From Planctomycetota bacterium (GTDB lineage: Bacteria > Planctomycetota > B15-G4 > JADJEK01): a stretch of 64,000 nucleotides of DNA. Shown in pieces: positions 49,293-58,042 of the stretch; the stretch's first letter is position 1, and each line of letters begins with the position of its first letter. A program made the translations under genes and the position numbers. The notes beneath the pieces were generated by a model. That model saw only the letters and a program-made list of their open reading frames with translations. It had not been told where the DNA came from and searched no databases. The stretch is taken from contig JBGAIQ010000020.1 of NCBI GenBank assembly GCA_044225365.1, positions 38,741-102,740 on the forward strand. The letters are read 5' to 3'.

Positions 49293-50516
49293 ATGGCTGC
49301 ATTTCGAATCGACTCGGGCCGGCAGGAGATCTGGATCGTCGGCGGCGCGCGCACTCCGATGGCCGAATACTCGGGCACGCCCGGCTACGGCAAATTGAAG
49401 GGCCTCTCCGCGCTCGAGCTCGGCGGCATCGCCTTGAAGGGTGCACTCGCGAAGACCGGCGTGAAGGCCGAGGACATCGAGCACACGGTGATCGGCAACG
49501 CCCTGCAGACGTCCGTCGATGCGATCTACGGCGCGCGCCACGTCGCCCTGAAGGCCGGCGTCCCGATCGACCGTCCCGCTCTCACGGTGAACCGACTCTG
49601 TGGGTCGGGCATCCAGTCGATCGTGTCCGCGGCGCAGATGATCCTGCTCGGCGAGGCGGGCTGCGCGGCGGCGGGCGGCATCGAGAACATGTCGCAGGCC
49701 CCGCACCTCCTCGAGGGCGGCCGCGACGGCTTCCGCTTCGGCGCCGACATCAAGCTGAAGGACCTGCTGTTCGAAGCGCTGAAGGATCCGATGTGCGGCC
49801 TCTTCATGGCGCAGACCGCCGAGAAGATCGCGAAGAAGTGGAACGTGACGCGCGAGGAGCAGGACAAGTTCGCGCTGCGCAGCCATCAACTCGGCGCGGC
49901 GGCCGTGAAGGCCGGCGTCTTCAAGGACGAGATCGTCAACGTCGAGATCCAGGGCCGCAAGGGCGTGACGATCGTCGACAGCGACGACCACATCAAGCCG
50001 GAGACGACGCTCGAGGGACTCGCCAAGCTGCCCGCGGCGTTCGGCAAGGACGGCACCGTCACGGCGGGCAACGCTTCCGGAATCGTCGATGGTGCGGCGG
50101 CGGTGATCCTGACCTCGGCGGAGCGCGGCAAGCAGCTCGGCGTGAAGCCGCTCGGCAGGATCGTCGGCTGGAGCATCGTCGGCGTCGAACCGTCGGAGAT
50201 GGGCATCGGTCCCGCGCCGGCGATTCGCCAGGTCTGCGACAAGACGGGCATCGCGATCGACAAGATCGACTTGTTCGAGATCAACGAGGCGTTCTCGGCG
50301 CAGTATCTCGCGGTGGAGAAGGACCTCGGGCTCGATCGCGAGAAGGCCAACGTCAACGGCGGCGCCGTGGCGCTCGGCCATCCGCTCGGCGCGACCGGAA
50401 CGCGCATCACTCTCACGCTGCTGCATGAGCTGCGACGCCGCAAGAAGAAGTACGGCATCAGTTCGGCGTGCATCGGTGGCGGTCAAGGCATCGCGCTCCT
50501 CGTGGAAGCGCTTTGA
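49293..50516 (+). CDS. Thiolase (third paralogue)
   Basis: NRLCGSG, NEAF, GHPLGATG, CIGGG. Confidence 0.95.
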   Translation: MAAFRIDSGRQEIWIVGGARTPMAEYSGTPGYGKLKGLSALELGGIALKGALAKTGVKAEDIEHTVIGNALQTSVDAIYGARHVALKAGVPIDRPALTVNRLCGSGIQSIVSAAQMILLGEAGCAAAGGIENMSQAPHLLEGGRDGFRFGADIKLKDLLFEALKDPMCGLFMAQTAEKIAKKWNVTREEQDKFALRSHQLGAAAVKAGVFKDEIVNVEIQGRKGVTIVDSDDHIKPETTLEGLAKLPAAFGKDGTVTAGNASGIVDGAAAVILTSAERGKQLGVKPLGRIVGWSIVGVEPSEMGIGPAPAIRQVCDKTGIAIDKIDLFEINEAFSAQYLAVEKDLGLDREKANVNGGAVALGHPLGATGTRITLTLLHELRRRKKKYGISSACIGGGQGIALLVEAL

Positions 50517-50550
50517 CGATTCGTAGTCGAATACGACGGCGGCGGGACGT

Positions 50551-51819
50551 GTGAGCGCAGACGACGGCGACACGAGCGGAGCGGTGGGGTCGCGGATCGC
50601 CGCGATCCTGGAAGCGCACCGGGTCGAGGATCGCACTCCGGGCCCGAGTGGTGCGCATCGCTTCGATCTCCTCGCGCTGAGAAGCGGCGACGTAGCTTCG
50701 TGCGAGCCTCCCGCGGCCGCGATCGAGAATCCCGAGAGGGTCGTCCTCGCCGTCGACCGCCTCGCGAGCGATGGGGCGGAGTACGCTCGCATCGATCGAT
50801 TCGTCGAGCGGAGCGGAATCCAGCGCGTGATTCCGTTCGGGGATTGCGGCTACGTCACCGCGGAGATCCTCGAGCGCGGATTCCTGAAGCCGGGCGATCT
50901 GGTCGTCGGCGGAGGACGCTCGGGCAGCGCGGTCGGGGGACTCGGGGTACTCGAAGTCGCCGTTCGAGATCCCGTCGCGTGCCTGACGAGCGGCTTCGTG
51001 ACGTGCGATTCGCCGCGTATCGCGCGCGTGGAATTGCACGCGGGCGAGGCGCTCGCGAGAAACGCCTGGCCCGATCGTTGGGTCAGCGCGAGCGACGTCG
51101 GACTCCTGCTCGCCTCCTGCCTCGAGGAACTCGGTCTCCACGGAGCGGCGATCGAATTGTCCGGCCCGGCGTTCGTCGCATTGTCGCTCGGCGACCGACA
51201 GGTCGTGTGCGGCATCCTCGGCGCGTGGCTCGAGAGCCCCGTCGTCGGCGAAGTCGATGAGCGCACGATCGCGTGGTTGCGGGCACGGACGACATTTGCG
51301 CCGGACCCGCGTTCGATCGCCATGACGCGGACCGCGATCGATCACTCGGTCTCGATCGAGTTCGCGGAACCGTGCTTCGCGACGGAGAGATCGCGGCCGA
51401 CCGCGGTCTGCGACGTCGAGTCGAGGCCGATCGGCGGGGTGTTCGTGGGCGGCGCGCTCGGCGCGCGTCTCGAGGATCTGCGAGCCCTCGCGCACATGCT
51501 GCGCGAGCATCCCATCGCGCCGGGCGTGCGATGCATCGTCGCCGCGGCGACTCCACGCACGATGCTACATGCCGCTCAGGAAGGTCTCGTTTCGATGCTC
51601 CTGCGAGCCGGCGTACGGATCGAGGCGCCTGGCGCCGCGATCACGCCGTTGCTCACTTCGCTGCTCGGCCCCGGCGAGCGCGGGCTCACGACGTGCTTCG
51701 ACGAGCCCCTTCCCTCCGGATGGTCGCTGACCTCGACCACCGTCTGCGCGGCCTCCGCGATCCTCGGCCGCATTGCCCATCCCGACGAAGTCCTGCGGCG
51801 CCGCAAGGAATCCGTCTGA
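50551..51819 (+). CDS. LeuC/homoaconitase large-subunit homologue lacking Fe-S cysteines (probable pseudoenzyme)
   Basis: PGDLVVG, RLEDLR, GVRCIV, EGLV..L..AG, LGPGER, AASAILGRI are collinear with LeuC; GSCTN and CxxC are absent. Confidence 0.7.
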   Translation: MSADDGDTSGAVGSRIAAILEAHRVEDRTPGPSGAHRFDLLALRSGDVASCEPPAAAIENPERVVLAVDRLASDGAEYARIDRFVERSGIQRVIPFGDCGYVTAEILERGFLKPGDLVVGGGRSGSAVGGLGVLEVAVRDPVACLTSGFVTCDSPRIARVELHAGEALARNAWPDRWVSASDVGLLLASCLEELGLHGAAIELSGPAFVALSLGDRQVVCGILGAWLESPVVGEVDERTIAWLRARTTFAPDPRSIAMTRTAIDHSVSIEFAEPCFATERSRPTAVCDVESRPIGGVFVGGALGARLEDLRALAHMLREHPIAPGVRCIVAAATPRTMLHAAQEGLVSMLLRAGVRIEAPGAAITPLLTSLLGPGERGLTTCFDEPLPSGWSLTSTTVCAASAILGRIAHPDEVLRRRKESV

Positions 51820-51907
51820 GGCCGAGCGCGTGTTGGCCGCAGAGGTCATGAAGCGTGAAAGAGGGGCGGCCCAGCGGGTCCCACGAACGCGTTCGCCGAC
51901 GGGAGTC

Positions 51908-52308
51908 GATCGCGTCGCGTGCGGGGGACGGCCCCTTTGAAAGATCCGATCTTCTCCGACCTCCGTGGTCCTCCTCGGACCTCCGTGGTCCTCCGTGTGA
52001 AACGATCGACTTCGTCCACACGGACGGCCGCGCCGCGTGCTTCTGCATTCACGCGTGTACTTGCGGGGAAAGATCCGGAGTTTGCCACGGAGGTTCACGG
52101 AGGTAAGAGGAGGCCCACGTAGGCCGGAAGTAGGAAAGGGGGCCGTCTCGTTGGTCCTGACGAATGCGGGTGCCAAGGAGATCGCGTCGGGTGCGGCGGA
52201 CGGCCCCTTTTCGAACTTCCGATCTTCTCCGACCTCCGTGGCCCTCCTCTGACCTCCGTGGTCCTCCGTGTGAAACGAACGACTTCGTCCTCACGGACCG
52301 CGGCGCCG
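51908..52308. repeat. Cluster of a dispersed ~130-bp repeat (direct-inverted-direct) with a 10-bp CCTCCGTG periodic core
   Basis: Copies at 51908-52035 (+), partial 52085-52147 (-) and 52180-52308 (+). Confidence 0.88.
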
Positions 52309-52370
52309 TTCGCAGGGAATTTCTGGGGTCGGTCCGAAGGAACGATTCGGAGAGTGAAATCCGATCCGGT

Positions 52371-54194
52371 TCACTTGGCCCGAGCGGCGCGCAGGAGGGC
52401 GATCGCGCAGATGCCCACGAGGCCGACGACGAGGATGCTCATCGCGATGAGCGTGTCTTGCAGACCGGCGCGGGAGCGGCGCTCGTCGGCGTCGAGAGGG
52501 CGTTGGATCTCGAGCACGCCGCGCACGTCGCCGACCTTCCAATCCGTCTTCACGCTCTCGGGATGCGTGTTGTGGCAATTCACGCAGGCCTGCGTCATCA
52601 CGCGAGCGACGGCGTAGCGCAGCACCGGTCGCCCGTCGATGTTCTCGATGCTCTCCACAGGTTGCTTCGGATTGCCGCGCAGCGAGATCAGCGCTCGCTG
52701 CCCGAACTCGTCGAGGTGGGGCGGTCCCCGGAACTTGAACGGGTAATCGCTGTAGTGCTTCACCGCCATCCCTTCGCCCGTCGCGCTGATCTTGCCGGCG
52801 AGCGTCGTGAGGAAGGTCGCGGGAATCGGGATCGCGTGGTCGTGATCGGCGTAGTCGTGCGTCACTGTCACGTGCGTCTTGTCGACGCGGCCCGCCACGT
52901 CGCTCGCGTAATACGCGTTGACCTGCTCGAGGATCGAGGCTTCCTGCGCCGCGGCATCCCGCGCGGAGCCGACCACGAGTTCGCGGTTGAGCGCTACGAG
53001 TCGTCGCACTCCGTAACCGCCGCCGAGACTGACCGCGACGAGCGCGGCCGCGGCCCATGGGTATCTCCGGCACCAGCGCGCAGCGCGAGTCATCGCGGAG
53101 AGTTCGAGGACCGATACCGGCCGGCCCGCGAGCCATTCGCGCAGGTCGCCCGCGATCTCGAGCATGTTCTGGTAGCGCTCGTCCGGCTTGCGGCCCATCG
53201 CCTTCTTGCAGATCGCGATGAGCTCTGCCGAGACTTGTGCCCCCGACTTGTCCGGCGAACTCGGAGGTCCGTCGAGCACGCACTGCAGCACGGTCGCGGC
53301 GGACAGATGCGCTCCTGCCGGTACGTAGGGCGCGTGACCCGCGAGCAGGTGGTAGAGGATGGCGCCGAAGGAGTAGATGTCGGATCGGGCGTCGACGGCG
53401 GCGACATCGCCGCGTGCCTGTTCGGGCGACATGTAGGCCGGCGTGCCGAAGACCGAACCCGCGATCGAGATCAAACCGGAGCCGGAATCGCGCTCGGTGG
53501 CGATGACCGACAACGCGTCGCCGGCGGAACCGCCCGGACGATGCGGGCGACCCGTCACCTTCGCGAGGCCCCAGTCCATCACGTACACCTCGCCGAAGCG
53601 ACCGGCCATGATGTTCTGCGGCTTGAGATCGCGATGCACCACGCCCTTCGAGTGCGCGTACGCCATCGCTTCCGCGACCTTGATGAGCGCTTCGATCGCG
53701 CGTTCGAGAGTCCAGCCGAACTCGCCGTTCTTCGCGCAGGAGAACACCTCACCGAGGTGACGACCGCGAACGAGACGCATCGTGAAGTAGACGCGGCCTT
53801 CCGCGTCCATTCCGACTTCGTGGAGGGGCACGATGCCCGGGTGGTCGAGTTGACCCGTGATCTGCGCTTCCTCGAGGAACCGAGCGAGCGTCAGCGGATC
53901 GACCTTCTGTCCGCCCTTGTCGCTCGCGAGCAGCACTTTCATCGCGAGCGAGCGCCGCAGATCGGTGTCCGTCACTTCGTAGACGGCGCCCATTCCGCCG
54001 CGCGCGATCTCGCGCTGGCGGACGTAGCGCTGCGTGCTCTCCGTTCCCGCGACGGGCGGAGTTCCGCCCTTCGACTCGGCTCCCTGATTCTGTAGTTCGA
54101 TCGTCGGGTTCTCGACGTTTCCGGGCAGACGTGACAATCCCAGATTCAGCGAGCTGTTGACCGAGGGGAAGTTGTCGGGTTGGGAGGACGTCAT
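52371..54194 (-). CDS. Ser/Thr kinase with extracytoplasmic c-type heme (DUF3365/Tll0287-like) domain
   Basis: ARGGMG, HRDLKPQN, DWG, GTPAYMSPEQ; TM; YSDYPF, CVNCH, WKVGDVRGVLE; C-terminal TM. Confidence 0.88.
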   Translation of the reverse strand: MTSSQPDNFPSVNSSLNLGLSRLPGNVENPTIELQNQGAESKGGTPPVAGTESTQRYVRQREIARGGMGAVYEVTDTDLRRSLAMKVLLASDKGGQKVDPLTLARFLEEAQITGQLDHPGIVPLHEVGMDAEGRVYFTMRLVRGRHLGEVFSCAKNGEFGWTLERAIEALIKVAEAMAYAHSKGVVHRDLKPQNIMAGRFGEVYVMDWGLAKVTGRPHRPGGSAGDALSVIATERDSGSGLISIAGSVFGTPAYMSPEQARGDVAAVDARSDIYSFGAILYHLLAGHAPYVPAGAHLSAATVLQCVLDGPPSSPDKSGAQVSAELIAICKKAMGRKPDERYQNMLEIAGDLREWLAGRPVSVLELSAMTRAARWCRRYPWAAAALVAVSLGGGYGVRRLVALNRELVVGSARDAAAQEASILEQVNAYYASDVAGRVDKTHVTVTHDYADHDHAIPIPATFLTTLAGKISATGEGMAVKHYSDYPFKFRGPPHLDEFGQRALISLRGNPKQPVESIENIDGRPVLRYAVARVMTQACVNCHNTHPESVKTDWKVGDVRGVLEIQRPLDADERRSRAGLQDTLIAMSILVVGLVGICAIALLRAARAK

Positions 54195-54384
54195 TCGAAC
54201 TCTCGTCGTGCGCCGCCGGCAGGGGGCGCGGGCCGAAGGTCATCGCCTGCGAACTGGGTCCGACTCGCGCGACCACCATACCGAGAACTCATTCGGGACG
54301 GTGCGCGAATGCCCGTCCTAGGTTAAGCTGCCGGGCTTTTCGCGAGTCCCCAACCGCACGTCCGAAGAGAGCCGGAGCACATCC

Positions 54385-55434
54385 ATGAAGAAGCATCGCA
54401 TCGCCGCCATCCCGGGCGACGGCATCGGTGAAGAAGTCACCCGTGAGGCGATGAAGGTCCTGCGCGCCGCGGCGAACCGCCACGGCTTCGACTACGAGCT
54501 GACCACCTATCCGTTCGGCGCCGAGCACTTCCTGAAGACCGGCGAGACGATGCCGGAGTCGGTCTTCTCCGAACTCCGCGCGATGAATGCGATCTACCTC
54601 GGCGCCATCGGCGATCCGCGCGTCGAAGTCGGCAAGCTCGAGCACGCGATCATCGGTGGTGTGCGCTTCAAGCTCGATCTCTACGTGAACCTGCGTCCGG
54701 TGAAGCTCTACGACGCGAGGCTCTGCCCGCTCAAGGACAAGGGTCCGGCCGACGTCGACATGGTGTTCGTTCGCGAGAACACCGAGGACGCGTACACCCG
54801 CATCGGCGGAATCTTGAAGGAAGGAACGCCGGACGAAGTCGCGATCGCGACGATGATCTACACCCGAAAGGGCTGCGAGCGCGCGATCCGCTACGCGTTC
54901 GAGCTCGCGCGCAAGCGCGGCGGCAAGAAGAAGGTCACGCTCATCGACAAGGCCAACGCGATTCGGGCCCAGGACATCTGGACTCGCACCTTCGCCGAGG
55001 TCGCGAAGGAGTATCCGGACATCTCCACGGATCACGCCTACATCGACGCCGCGTGCATGTGGCTCGTGAAGAACCCGGAGTGGTTCGACGTCGCCGTGAG
55101 TCCCAACCTGTTCGGCGACATCATCACCGACCTCGGTGCGATGATCCAGGGCGGGCTCGGGATCGCGGCGTCCGGCAACCTGCACCCGGGACGCGTCTCG
55201 ATGTTCGAGCCGATCCACGGCTCGGCGCCGAAGTACAAGGGCCAGAACAAAGCGAACCCGGTCGCGGCGATCATGGCCGCGTCGATGATGCTCGACTATC
55301 TCGGCGAAGCGAAGGCTTCCGTCGCGATCGAGAACGCGGTGCGCGATGCCATCGTTTCGGGGCGGATCCCGTCGCTCAATGCCGGCGCTGCGCCGACCGA
55401 CGAGATCGGCGACCTGATCGCGAAGGCGATCTGA
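54385..55434 (+). CDS. leuB: 3-isopropylmalate dehydrogenase / beta-decarboxylating dehydrogenase family
   Basis: IPGDGIG, NLRP, VRENTE, DKAN, NLFGDIITD, FEPIHGSAP; exact substrate uncertain. Confidence 0.8.
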   Translation: MKKHRIAAIPGDGIGEEVTREAMKVLRAAANRHGFDYELTTYPFGAEHFLKTGETMPESVFSELRAMNAIYLGAIGDPRVEVGKLEHAIIGGVRFKLDLYVNLRPVKLYDARLCPLKDKGPADVDMVFVRENTEDAYTRIGGILKEGTPDEVAIATMIYTRKGCERAIRYAFELARKRGGKKKVTLIDKANAIRAQDIWTRTFAEVAKEYPDISTDHAYIDAACMWLVKNPEWFDVAVSPNLFGDIITDLGAMIQGGLGIAASGNLHPGRVSMFEPIHGSAPKYKGQNKANPVAAIMAASMMLDYLGEAKASVAIENAVRDAIVSGRIPSLNAGAAPTDEIGDLIAKAI

Positions 55435-55459
55435 TTCGCCGGTCGGGCGCGAACGAGGC

Positions 55460-56767
55460 TCAGCCGGTTTCGAGCCCGTAGCGCTTCATCTTGCGCCACA
55501 GAGTGGTTCGCGAGATCTTCAGGTTTCGCGCGACCTGCTTCAGGTTGTGCGGGTTGCGTTGCAGCTCGTCCTGGATGACGCGTTTCTCCTCGAGTTCGAG
55601 GTGACCGCGCATCGTCGAATCGGTGCTGACCGGCGCTTCGCTGTCGATGCCGAGCGCGGCGAGCGTCTGTTCGCTCACTTCGCCGTCGCGCGCGAGTGCG
55701 ACCGATTGTGTGACGAGATCCTCGAGCTCTCGAAGATTGCCGGGATACTCGAGCGTCGCGAGGAGTGCGAGCGCTTCCTTCGTGAATCGCACCGGGCTGC
55801 CGCTGCGTGACTTCAGCCGCCGCGAATAGAACTGGACGAGCAACGGGATGTCGCCGAGCCGTTCGCGCAGCGCCGGGATCCGGATCAAGATGCCCTTGAG
55901 GCGCAGATAGAGCTCGGGCCGCAGCTTCCCATTGGTGACGAGGTCGTCGAGATTCTGCGACGTCGAAGCAATGACGCGGGCGTCGCCGTGCGCTGGGGGC
56001 GCCGTAGGACTGCGCACGATCTCGCCGTCCTGCAGGAAGCGGAGGAGTTTCGCCTGCGCATCGAGCGGCAGTTCCGCGACCTCGTCGATGTAGATCGTGC
56101 CCCCGTTCGCCTCCTGGAGCTTGCCGACTTGCGGAGAAGCGAGGATGCCGAAGAGTTCGTTCTCGATGGCGGGGCCGGCGGTGAGACAGCGGACCGCGAT
56201 GAACGGGCCGTCGCGACGAGGGCCGGCCTTCTGGATCGCGCGGGCGAGGAGTTCGCGACCCGTGCCGATCTCACCGTGGATGAGAACGGGTTTGTCGGTC
56301 GTCGCTGCCGACTTCGCGAGTTCGACGGCCTGGACGATCGCGGGTGCACGGCCGACGATGTCCTCGAACGGCGAGCCCTTCGCGGGGGAGCCGTTACCGC
56401 GGTGACTCTCGGCGAGGATCTTCTTCAGCTTCTCGAGGAGGACCTCGGGCTTCGTCGGCTTCTCGAGGAAGTCGACCGCGCCCGTCTTGATCGCCTCGAC
56501 CGCAGTGGGGATGCTGGCGTAACCCGTCATCAGGATCACCGGGACCTGCGGCCAGCGCGCGCGAATGCGCTTCAGCAGCTCGAGGCCATCCATGTTCGCC
56601 ATCTTGTAGTCGACGAGCGCGACGTCGAACTCGCTCGACTCCATGGTCGTGAGCGCCTCGGCGCCCGATTGCGCCGTGGTGACCTTGTATCCCTCACGAC
56701 TGAGTTGGTACTTCATCCAGTCGCGATGATTCGACAGGTCGTCGACGACGAGAACTCGAACCGGCAT
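55460..56767 (-). CDS. NtrC-family response regulator (REC-AAA+-Fis HTH) lacking GAFTGA
   Basis: VLVVDD, LVDYKM, GEIGTGRE, IYIDEV, YPGNLREL, ISRTTLWRKM. Confidence 0.9.
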   Translation of the reverse strand: MPVRVLVVDDLSNHRDWMKYQLSREGYKVTTAQSGAEALTTMESSEFDVALVDYKMANMDGLELLKRIRARWPQVPVILMTGYASIPTAVEAIKTGAVDFLEKPTKPEVLLEKLKKILAESHRGNGSPAKGSPFEDIVGRAPAIVQAVELAKSAATTDKPVLIHGEIGTGRELLARAIQKAGPRRDGPFIAVRCLTAGPAIENELFGILASPQVGKLQEANGGTIYIDEVAELPLDAQAKLLRFLQDGEIVRSPTAPPAHGDARVIASTSQNLDDLVTNGKLRPELYLRLKGILIRIPALRERLGDIPLLVQFYSRRLKSRSGSPVRFTKEALALLATLEYPGNLRELEDLVTQSVALARDGEVSEQTLAALGIDSEAPVSTDSTMRGHLELEEKRVIQDELQRNPHNLKQVARNLKISRTTLWRKMKRYGLETG

Positions 56768-56921
56768 GGCAACTTCCTCTTGGGCAAGGGCCGCCCGATA
56801 CGAATTCGGGGCGGCGCGCTAAAGTCCTCGGTCACTCCATTCCTGAGAGCGTCGCGGATGATATCGAGATCACTCAGCCCACGTCCAACTTTGCGATTCG
56901 GGTCGCGGCGTGGATCATAGC

Positions 56922-58004
56922 ATGGTTCAAAAATGTGTCTTGCTGCCGATGTCGACTCCGTTGTCGTACGCGGTGGTCGGGCCCGTTGCTCGGGGACTCG
57001 CGGCGGACGTGCGGATTCGAGTCGTCGTCTCGGCGCGGCATGGAGGTGCCGCTCTCGCTCGCGAGTGCCTCGACGCTCCGCACGAGTACCGCTCGCTGCT
57101 CCGCTCACGCTTCACGGCGTACGATCTCGCCCTGTGTCCGGGCTTCTTCTATCGCTCCTTTCGGCGAACTCCGCTCGTCCAGATGTTCCACGGCGTCTCG
57201 CCGAAGAACTACGCGGTGGCGAAGGACGTCGCGCGATTCCAGCGGCTGTTCCTGACCGGCGAGTACCATCGGCGGAAGTTCGTGCGCGCCGGATTGCTGC
57301 TGGAGGAGGATCCACGGGGGATTCGCGTCGGCATGCCGAAGACGGATCCGCTCGTCGGAAGCCTGGCGAATCGAGACCTTGTCGCGCTGAAATTCGACCT
57401 CGATCCATCGCTTCCGCTCGTCGCCTACGCCCCGACCCGCTCGGGCAGCCACGGATCGTCGATCGACGATCAGGGCCTTGCGGTCATCGACGCGCTCGCC
57501 GAACTTCCGATCAATCTCGTCGTCAAGCTGCACGATCGTTCGCAGCGACGGTTTCGCCGCGACCTGAAGATCGATTACGAAGCGGCGATCGAATCGCGCA
57601 GGAAGCAGTCGAAGCGGGTTCGTCTGTGGACCGGTTTCGACGTGATCCCCTTGCTCGCGGCCGCGGATGTCCTCGTCTCGGATCTCTCGAGCGTCGCGAA
57701 CGAGTTCCTCCTCCGCGATCGTCCGATCGTGTTCCTGACGGTCGAGAATCACGAACGGAAACTCGCGAAGAGCGGCGCGCGACGCTTCGGAGTCGACGAT
57801 CCCCACGGCCTCGAATGGGTACGCGCAGTGGGTGAGGAGGCCGCGACGCCGCTCCTTGCGCGTGCCGCGGTCGAGCGGGCTCTCGAGGATCCGTCGCGAC
57901 GATCCCCGGAGCGACGCGACCGGGCTCGAATCATGTTCTACAATCCAGGAACGGCCACCGCTGTCGCGGTGACCGAAACGAAGCGTCTGCTCGCGCTCGC
58001 GTGA
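56922..58004 (+). CDS. CDP-glycerol glycerophosphotransferase (TagB/TagF-like) family protein
   Basis: FHG, GMPKTD, YAPT, KLH, SDLSSV motifs. Confidence 0.8.
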   Translation: MVQKCVLLPMSTPLSYAVVGPVARGLAADVRIRVVVSARHGGAALARECLDAPHEYRSLLRSRFTAYDLALCPGFFYRSFRRTPLVQMFHGVSPKNYAVAKDVARFQRLFLTGEYHRRKFVRAGLLLEEDPRGIRVGMPKTDPLVGSLANRDLVALKFDLDPSLPLVAYAPTRSGSHGSSIDDQGLAVIDALAELPINLVVKLHDRSQRRFRRDLKIDYEAAIESRRKQSKRVRLWTGFDVIPLLAAADVLVSDLSSVANEFLLRDRPIVFLTVENHERKLAKSGARRFGVDDPHGLEWVRAVGEEAATPLLARAAVERALEDPSRRSPERRDRARIMFYNPGTATAVAVTETKRLLALA

Positions 58005-58042
58005 GCGGGATGCGGTCGTGAAGAGAGTTCCGGGAGTTCCGA

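Noticed and set aside
51908-52308. CRISPR array or small genes in the repeat cluster
   Set aside because: Mixed orientations, ~130-bp units and no unique fixed-length spacers; the ORFs there are translations of the repeat.
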